Shown here piece by piece: positions 36,684 to 42,282 of a stretch of 42,282 bases of DNA (the stretch's first letter is position 1; every line of letters begins with the position of its first letter). The DNA is taken from contig CAVKJF010000001.1 in NCBI GenBank assembly GCA_963656615.1, positions 1-42,282 on the forward strand, read 5' to 3'. The DNA comes from a bacterium. Lineage in GTDB: Bacteria; Bacillota_I; Bacilli_A; RF39; UBA660. The position numbers were made by a program, and so were the translations under genes. The notes under the pieces were generated by a model, which saw only the letters and a program-made list of their open reading frames with translations, ran no database searches and was not told where the DNA came from.

Positions 36684-37604
36684 TTAAATTTGTCCGGAAT
36701 ATTTATATAATTTCTTGTTTACTGGTGAATATTCTACTTTTGATAAGTCTTTTGACTGTTTTGCTGCCAAAGACCTTGTTAGATACATTGCTTGAACAAG
36801 CATTTGAAAATCATCTATAACTTGATCTGTTGATTTTGATTCAATAACTATTACATCTTGGTAGTATTGTTTTAATTCTTCTAACATTATCTTATCAAAT
36901 TCAGTTCCTCTATTGAAATAGATGGCATTACTTTGTTGAACGGTAGATAAAGTCGAACGACCATGGCAGTATGAATACTTATCATGTACTATAGGTATAC
37001 CTATGCCTGACTCTACTAATGTTGACTCTAAATACTTGGCAGCAGTTTTTGTATCGTAGCCTGAAAATATTTCATAAATGTTGCTTGGCTCAAATGAAAA
37101 ATCTTTTTCTATAATTAGGTCTAATAATTTATTATCTTCTCCTTCTAAATAATAGTCCATTAAAATACTAATTGGAATTAGAGTTGCTCCTAAAGATATA
37201 AAACTTCTTTCTTTATCTATTGTTGTTTGATATTGCAGATTTACTACGTCTTCAGATGGTGATGGATTATTAGATAATAAATACTTTTTTAAGTAATTAT
37301 TAAATGATAACTCAACACCATAGTTATTTCCAGAATAACTACAAGAAATGACATTTTTAAAACCAGAAGTTCCTCGATATAAGAAATCTCTTGGTTCACA
37401 GTTGATACTTATTATGCCATTTTTTTGATTTAGCACTTTACTGCCAAATTCACTTACAACACTAGATCCACCTACACCAGATATGATACTGGCATCTTTT
37501 ATTTTTAGAAGTTCACTTCTTATGAACTCTAAATCCGTTTTGTCCAACGCATCTTCTACTCTCCTTTTCAAATATTCAAAATTAATTTTCATGTTCTTTT
37601 CCAT
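36684..37604 (-). CDS. double SIS (sugar isomerase/phosphosugar-binding) domain-like protein
   Basis: First half: IISGVGGSSVVSEF and ISCSYSGNNYGVE (SIS G-x-G-x-S and S-x-SG-x-T/N patterns). Second half: IFSGYD...AAKYLESTLVESG...HDKYSYCHGRSTL, resembling the second SIS of the GlmS/AgaS/FrlB type. Confidence 0.5.
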   Translation of the reverse strand: MEKNMKINFEYLKRRVEDALDKTDLEFIRSELLKIKDASIISGVGGSSVVSEFGSKVLNQKNGIISINCEPRDFLYRGTSGFKNVISCSYSGNNYGVELSFNNYLKKYLLSNNPSPSEDVVNLQYQTTIDKERSFISLGATLIPISILMDYYLEGEDNKLLDLIIEKDFSFEPSNIYEIFSGYDTKTAAKYLESTLVESGIGIPIVHDKYSYCHGRSTLSTVQQSNAIYFNRGTEFDKIMLEELKQYYQDVIVIESKSTDQVIDDFQMLVQAMYLTRSLAAKQSKDLSKVEYSPVNKKLYKYSGQI

Positions 37605-37645
37605 AAAAAAATCCTCCTCAAGTTCAATATAACTTGAGAGGAGGA
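37605..37645 (-). terminator. strong intrinsic terminator whose 3' arm contains the SD of the next gene
   Basis: Minus RNA: UCCUCCUCUCAAGUU-auauug-AACUUGAGGAGGA, 13 bp with one bulge, followed by U7 (37611-37605) and then directly the ATG at 37604. Confidence 0.75.
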
Positions 37646-37655
37646 AATATTTCGT

Positions 37656-38258
37656 CTACTCATACTTTTCATTTAACAATTCGTAAGTTATAATTCTTTT
37701 CAATTCAAAATGCCTAATGTCTTGTTTCTTTTCACAGAAGGCGGCGCAGTACCAACCGTTTTGAAACAAAAACATTTCTGCAGGATCAATTACTCTTTCG
37801 TTTTCTCCCTTGTTGTAAGAATAATAACGAATCTTTACTTTTCTTTTTTCTTTTATGGCTCTTGTTAGTAAATTAAATTTCTTTTGAGTTTCATCTTCTA
37901 ATTTAAATTTATTTGTATCTTGTTTTGAGCCAATGTAGATTCCTTTTATTTTTTCTTGAAGATTTAGAAGTTTTTCTTTTTGTTTTGGATTAGTTTCATA
38001 TTCAATATAGCTATCTAGCATTTTATAGTCGTCTTCTTTAAATTTTCTAATAGGTACTTTAACTGGTTTTCTTAAAAAGTAACCACCATATGGTCCTAAT
38101 ATAGACTCAATATATATACCTGCTTTTTCTAAGTCCTCTTTATATACTCTAATCATTCTTTCGGAAACTTCCAAAATATCGGATAATTCATTGATACTAT
38201 ACTTACGTCCAGAGTTCAATAATTCTAATAAAGTTATGGCATTAGATACTTTTGACAT
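37656..38258 (-). CDS. HTH + WYL-domain transcriptional regulator (YafY/BrxR/CapW-like, short form)
   Basis: N-terminal wHTH (YSINELSDILEVSERMIRVYKEDLEKAG). C-terminal WYL domain (KVKIRYYSYNKGENERVIDPAEMFLFQNGWYCAAFC...IRHFELKRI). Confidence 0.85.
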   Translation of the reverse strand: MSKVSNAITLLELLNSGRKYSINELSDILEVSERMIRVYKEDLEKAGIYIESILGPYGGYFLRKPVKVPIRKFKEDDYKMLDSYIEYETNPKQKEKLLNLQEKIKGIYIGSKQDTNKFKLEDETQKKFNLLTRAIKEKRKVKIRYYSYNKGENERVIDPAEMFLFQNGWYCAAFCEKKQDIRHFELKRIITYELLNEKYE

Positions 38259-38266
38259 AATTATAC

Positions 38267-38512
38267 TTATTTTATAACACTTTCTATTTTTTGTAGTTCA
38301 AAACGATATTTTTGTTTTATATCTGGATACTTTTCATGATCTACTTCACTTAAAAACATATCCATAGGTCTTACCCATAGGTCATTGCTTCCATATAGAG
38401 CTCTATAGACAACACACTCTTCGCCAGTCTCTGAATATTTAGCAGTATCAACAACTAAGTAATAGTTTCCTTTAAAGTGTTTATATATGCCATTTATTTT
38501 TACTTTATTCAT
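38267..38512 (-). CDS. DUF1653-family small protein
   Basis: 81 aa. [14 protein letters not shown]...[28 protein letters not shown] matches the DUF1653 pattern from memory. Confidence 0.7.
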   Translation of the reverse strand: MNKVKINGIYKHFKGNYYLVVDTAKYSETGEECVVYRALYGSNDLWVRPMDMFLSEVDHEKYPDIKQKYRFELQKIESVIK

Positions 38513-38686
38513 CTTATCACGCCTTTCTAATTATATTATAGCAGAAAAAACATGATTGCTTTCAATTTTTTACCTACGGAACAAAAAGTTATTATTAAGG
38601 TTTTTAATCAAAGTGTTTACTTTATTTTTGGTATTCTAAACTAGTTGGTAATTAGTAATTTTAGACTTTTAGTTATAGATAAGCAA

Positions 38687-38714
38687 AAGACGAATCGGAA
38701 TTCGTCTTGTTTTT
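38687..38714. terminator. terminator closing the SPASM operon
   Basis: AAGACGAAT (38687-38695), loop cgga, ATTCGTCTT (38700-38708), then GTTTTT. It lies 24 nt downstream of the deacetylase stop. Confidence 0.7.
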
Positions 38715-38737
38715 GTTCTATTTTTTTCTTTTATAGT

Positions 38738-39490
38738 TTAATATGGTAATAATAATCTAATTTTAAATTTCCAGAATGGCATAGATGATGATATGTTTAA
38801 TCTTGGAATATGATATTTATCATCTGTTTGTTTTGCTTTGCGATGTTCTTTATTAGGGCCAAAGGTAAATGCTAGACGATAGTTATTTTCTTTTAAAGCC
38901 TGTTCTAAATTTTTACTGACATGACCATATGGATATGCAAAATATTTGGTTTTGAGAGTTCCTGCTTGTTTTTTGAAATCCGCATTTATTTTATCATAAT
39001 CTAATAAATAATCTTCTTCATGATGTAGGTCATAAGAATGTGAAGCAAATTCTATATTAGGATATTCCTTTTTTGATTTTTCTATTATTTCTTTATCCAT
39101 ATAATTCTTGTTTCCACCATTATAATTTACTCCCATGTAAAAGACTACTGCATTAAAATTATATTTCTTCAAGATTGGAAAAGCTAGTTCATAATTAGAA
39201 TAATAGCCATCATCCATAGTTATTAGTATTGACTTTCTTGGTAGATGACATGTTTTATTTATGAAACACTCCATTTCTTTTAGAGTTATTGTTTTATAAT
39301 GATGCCTTTTTAAATATTTCATTTGTTGTTCGAAGTTGGTTATTTCCATTTGCATTTCATTGGTTGACTCACTATTAGTAAAATCATGATATCCTAGAAC
39401 GGTTACAGTTTGTTTCTTATAAATTATAATTAAAGTTATTGTCACTACTAAAAATAGTAACAATATTGATATTATTAATCTTTTTTTCAT
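38738..39490 (-). CDS. membrane-anchored polysaccharide deacetylase (NodB homology / CE4)
   Basis: N-terminal TM helix, ILITMDDGYYSNY (TFDDG-type motif 1), FASHSYDLH (H-S-x-x-H motif 2) and RLAFTF. The start is at ATG 39490 (GGAG SD 6 nt upstream); ATG 39502 has no SD. Confidence 0.85.
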   Translation of the reverse strand: MKKRLIISILLLFLVVTITLIIIYKKQTVTVLGYHDFTNSESTNEMQMEITNFEQQMKYLKRHHYKTITLKEMECFINKTCHLPRKSILITMDDGYYSNYELAFPILKKYNFNAVVFYMGVNYNGGNKNYMDKEIIEKSKKEYPNIEFASHSYDLHHEEDYLLDYDKINADFKKQAGTLKTKYFAYPYGHVSKNLEQALKENNYRLAFTFGPNKEHRKAKQTDDKYHIPRLNISSSMPFWKFKIRLLLPY

Positions 39491-39501
39491 AATTTTCTCC
39501 A

Positions 39502-40521
39502 TTAATTATTGTCTTCTAAAATCCATTCTTGAAAATATTTGATTTTTGTATGGCAATAAGAACATTCGCCATCAGCAATATTTATTGATGCACCACAGTT
39601 ATGGCACTTTATAAGATGTTCTTTGTCATTAAGTTTTAATGGTTCAGTATTAAGTTTTTTCATTAAATATTTCTGGTTCATAGTTTTTGATATTATTCTA
39701 TTATTTTCGTAGTAGACAATTCTTACATCAGCAACTACTTCAACATATAAGTTGTTATTTTTAGTTGATTCTTGAAAACTTATGTAATCTAGAACATCAT
39801 AGTCTATTACATTTGCTTCGCTATAGTATTTTTTTCTTACTTCATAATTGAAATTATTGAAGAATTTTTTCTTATCTATTTTTGTTCTGTTCCAAAAATC
39901 AATTTGTTTTTGATTTTGTTTATCTTTATATATTTTTATTGGTGTTAAGACTATGTAGGCATCTACTATATAAAATAGATAATATAAAATGGCCGCTAGA
40001 ATTAGACCATAGATAAATATTTTGGAAATATCATAACTGTTGAATGTTCTACCAGTTGTTTTTATAAATACATAACTTAGTATAAAACTAACTATTAAAT
40101 CTATTATGGCTGTTACTATTCTATAGGTATTACTTTTTAATACTCTATCATAATGGTATTTACTTCCTAAATCTTTATTTGTATAGTCAATGTTGTAGTA
40201 AGTTCGACAATATGGACAACCTTCTAAAAAGTCTTTTAGTTTAGAATGCATTCCACAATTGTGACAGGTATATTCGGTATTTTCAGCATCTTTTGAGATG
40301 AAAGTGTACTCGATTCTGGAGTCAAAGTTTTTTTCAACATGTAATAATTGATTATTTATGTAGTAATCTTTTTCACATCTTATACCATTAGAAATATCAT
40401 CATTATTGGAGTTATCTGTATTACGTTCTAGTATTGTGTTGCCAACAATGTATTTAGTTTTAATATTAATTCCATATTTATTTAGTTTTTTAATATGATA
40501 ATTGTCAGATAATAATGGCAT
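39502..40521 (-). CDS. two-TM membrane protein with two CxxC...CxxC zinc-ribbon motifs
   Basis: CHNCGMHSKLKDFLEGCPYC and CHNCGASINIADGECSYC, with two hydrophobic helices between them. The start is at ATG 40521 (GGAG SD 8 nt upstream). The 38-codon His/Thr/Ile-rich extension in the ORF track overlaps the upstream gene. Confidence 0.7.
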   Translation of the reverse strand: MPLLSDNYHIKKLNKYGINIKTKYIVGNTILERNTDNSNNDDISNGIRCEKDYYINNQLLHVEKNFDSRIEYTFISKDAENTEYTCHNCGMHSKLKDFLEGCPYCRTYYNIDYTNKDLGSKYHYDRVLKSNTYRIVTAIIDLIVSFILSYVFIKTTGRTFNSYDISKIFIYGLILAAILYYLFYIVDAYIVLTPIKIYKDKQNQKQIDFWNRTKIDKKKFFNNFNYEVRKKYYSEANVIDYDVLDYISFQESTKNNNLYVEVVADVRIVYYENNRIISKTMNQKYLMKKLNTEPLKLNDKEHLIKCHNCGASINIADGECSYCHTKIKYFQEWILEDNN

Positions 40522-40531
40522 ACTTATTCTC

Positions 40532-40885
40532 CTATCTATTATTATTGTTATTGTTGTTATTGTTATTATTATTGTTTGATGATGATCCACCATATGATGA
40601 ACCTGAAGATGATGGTGTATAGTGCAAAATAACATTAAAAATCGTATTAGACATTATGATTCCATCAATAGCACTGTTTATACAATTTAAATTGAGCATA
40701 GTAATGTTACTTCCGGAAATAAGTTTTATAAGATTTCCTGAACAGTTAACTTCTCCAGTTGGATTATTAGCTAGAAATTGATAAATTTGTTCTAATTCTT
40801 CACCAGTTAAGTTATAGTATCTTGTTAAATCTACGCATCTTTTTTGCCTTATCAATTCTTCATATGTTTCTGGTTCTTTATTCAT
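40532..40885 (-). CDS. 117-aa protein with Ser/Gly/Tyr-rich, poly-Asn C-terminal tail; translationally coupled to the SPASM enzyme
   Basis: AAGGAG SD 8 nt upstream. Its ATG overlaps the upstream stop (ATGAATAA). Three Cys (C17, C48, C68). Tail: TPSSSGSSYGGSSS-N13-R. Confidence 0.65.
   Translation of the reverse strand: MNKEPETYEELIRQKRCVDLTRYYNLTGEELEQIYQFLANNPTGEVNCSGNLIKLISGSNITMLNLNCINSAIDGIIMSNTIFNVILHYTPSSSGSSYGGSSSNNNNNNNNNNNNNR
40538..40576 (-). repeat. (AAY)13 trinucleotide tract encoding poly-Asn
   Basis: Plus strand reads att att att gtt att gtt gtt att gtt att att att gtt. Confidence 0.9.
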
Positions 40886-42282
40886 TTTTTAACTCCTTAT
40901 CTATATAGTAGAATTCTATATTTTGAAATGGTAAATTTATAGCTTGTATGTGATAGTAGGCATTTTCTTTTTGTTTTAAATAATGATAATCTCTTAAAGC
41001 TGAAGTTGTAAAGAAAATATTATTTGTATTATCCTTGGAAAAGCTATTTTTATATTCTTTAAAAAGATTGGTGATGTCATATGAATAATAATCTTTTTTT
41101 ATTGATTTTTGTTCATCTAAAACGCCTTTATATACTTGAAGTGTTGCGATATGTCGTTGCTTAGTTCTATTTTCATCTCCATATGTGACCAAGTTTCCTG
41201 ATAGTAACATGATATATAAAGAATTATTTTCTGGATAATCGCATTGTTCTTGGATGATATTTTTTTTCATATAAATTGTTACTTTACTTTTTGGTGTTAT
41301 GTAGATTATATCATTAATTTTCTTTGTTATTTGAGATGATAACTTATACTCTATACCATCTAATTCAAGAATAAAAGCATGATTACTATAAATATATTTT
41401 AGCTTTTCATCATTTGAAATTATTTCTTCTAATGATGGATAATTAGTTAATTTCCTATTAGGAATATACTTAGTTATGTCAGTTATACGCATTTTCAAAA
41501 GATAATTGTAGACAGTTTCATCATTATACTCATCCTTTTGATAGTTACGGTCTTTATATAGTTCTTGTTGAAGCTTACAAGTATAACTTTTATTAGAATT
41601 ATAAGTGTTTTTAACAAATGGACAACCAGTTTTACATAGGTATAAGTATTGACATTTTTCACATTCGTCATTGAATGGTAACCTGTTGTGATTTAGAAAT
41701 ATTTTGTTTTTAGCAGTTAATAATATTTTTTCCACAGAATCTGTGTATATGTTGCCATAATAATAGTCTTTATTTTTTTGTCCTCTTACACAAGAATATA
41801 TATCTCCATTTTTTTCTAGTAAAAAGAACTTTTCTCCACAGTTATCACAGTTAGTACAGTACTCTGGGCCAAATTCATCGAACCAAGGTCCAGAAACTCC
41901 AAAATCTAAGTCAGTACCATCAAATTCTTCATGCATTCTTTTATAGAATTTTACTTGTTCTTCTTCAGTCATATGGTGCAGAATACCATTAGAATTATAG
42001 TCAAAGCCTATCATAAAATTAAAATCATTCATATCTAGGCAAGTATTTTTATGAAGATATTTAATGTCTTTTATAATTTCATCAATATGATTATAGTGTT
42101 CTTTAAATATGGTTGAGGAAACTTTCTTCTTATTTGGTATGTCCTTCATAAGATTAATGTTTTCAAGTATTTTATTTAATGTTTTTTGATTTCCTTTCGT
42201 AACACGATATTCATCATGTAATATAAATGGTAAATCTAGACTTCCTGAAACTGATACATTGAATTCTTTAATAGTATCAATG
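40878..42282 (-). CDS. SPASM-domain enzyme (presumably radical SAM; N-terminus outside the window) with ~230-aa unknown C-terminal extension
   Basis: The frame stays open from 42149 to the window edge (IDTIKEFNVSVSGSLDLPFILHDEYRVTKGNQKTLNKILENINL-MKD...). The canonical SPASM spacing is present: NGDIYSC (G-x4-C), CEKCQYLYLCKTGC (C-x2-C-x5-C-x3-C) and a trailing SYTC. Confidence 0.75.
   Translation of the reverse strand, partial: IDTIKEFNVSVSGSLDLPFILHDEYRVTKGNQKTLNKILENINLMKDIPNKKKVSSTIFKEHYNHIDEIIKDIKYLHKNTCLDMNDFNFMIGFDYNSNGILHHMTEEEQVKFYKRMHEEFDGTDLDFGVSGPWFDEFGPEYCTNCDNCGEKFFLLEKNGDIYSCVRGQKNKDYYYGNIYTDSVEKILLTAKNKIFLNHNRLPFNDECEKCQYLYLCKTGCPFVKNTYNSNKSYTCKLQQELYKDRNYQKDEYNDETVYNYLLKMRITDITKYIPNRKLTNYPSLEEIISNDEKLKYIYSNHAFILELDGIEYKLSSQITKKINDIIYITPKSKVTIYMKKNIIQEQCDYPENNSLYIMLLSGNLVTYGDENRTKQRHIATLQVYKGVLDEQKSIKKDYYSYDITNLFKEYKNSFSKDNTNNIFFTTSALRDYHYLKQKENAYYHIQAINLPFQNIEFYYIDKELKNE

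Noticed and set aside
38552-38644. A 30-codon plus-strand ORF (MIAFNFLPTEQKVIIKVFNQSVYFIFGILN) in the spacer upstream of the DUF1653 gene.
   Set aside because: It has no SD and overlaps the likely minus-strand promoter (TTGAAA-19-TGcTATAAT at 38535-38565). It is probably a chance ORF.
40522-40635. The N-terminal 38 codons (MLFCTIHHHLQVHHMVDHHQTIIITITTITIIIDRRIS) of the track ORF 39502-40635.
   Set aside because: The extension overlaps the 3' end of the upstream gene in another frame and is just the microsatellite read out of frame. A GGAG SD sits 8 nt before the internal ATG at 40521.
33987-42282. Whether the right-hand accessory block is a mobile genomic island.
   Set aside because: No integrase, transposase, tRNA or flanking direct repeats are visible in the window, so mobility cannot be supported. 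The right boundary lies outside the window.

Overview
Visibly AT-rich chromosomal segment of Bacillota (Firmicutes) type. Nearly every gene is on the minus strand; only an XRE regulator, clpP and a collagen-repeat gene are on plus. From left to right the window holds:
- the promoter-proximal end of the S10 ribosomal operon (rpsJ-rplC-rplD-rplW and the first codons of rplB);
- dinB behind an SOS-box-like promoter, then gpmA, a DUF4143 AAA ATPase and spo0A;
- a gap-pgk-...-tpiA glycolytic operon interrupted by three membrane-lipid/glycolipid-type genes;
- a TGS/uridine-kinase-like gene, clpP, lgt-yvcK-whiA, a holin-IV-like membrane protein and uvrB-uvrA;
- a BclA-like collagen-repeat gene and two small membrane/repeat proteins;
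- an ABC exporter preceded by a 28-codon leader ORF and a terminator;
- an orphan nucleoside-deoxyribosyltransferase-like gene, and ftsEX with an M23 hydrolase;
- two YitT paralogues and prfB with its +1 frameshift site.
spo0A together with the BclA-like gene implies an endospore former (inference: Erysipelotrichia/Clostridia-like).

The right-hand ~8.3 kb (33987-42282) looks accessory and holds the two most interesting loci.
1. DUF1653 plus a WYL-domain regulator. A strong terminator hairpin that also sequesters the next gene's SD separates them from a four-gene cassette: a double-SIS protein, a P-loop-less NTPase-like protein, an ASCH-kinase fusion and a Cys/His papain-like protein. I cannot match this cassette to any described system.
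2. An operon headed by a SPASM-domain (presumably radical SAM) enzyme, which is truncated by the window edge and carries a large unknown C-terminal extension. It is translationally coupled to a 117-aa protein with a Ser/Gly/Tyr plus poly-Asn tail. A double zinc-ribbon membrane protein and a membrane-anchored polysaccharide deacetylase follow.

No rRNA, tRNA, CRISPR array, transposase or integrase was seen. All functional calls come from reading motifs by eye, with no database search.
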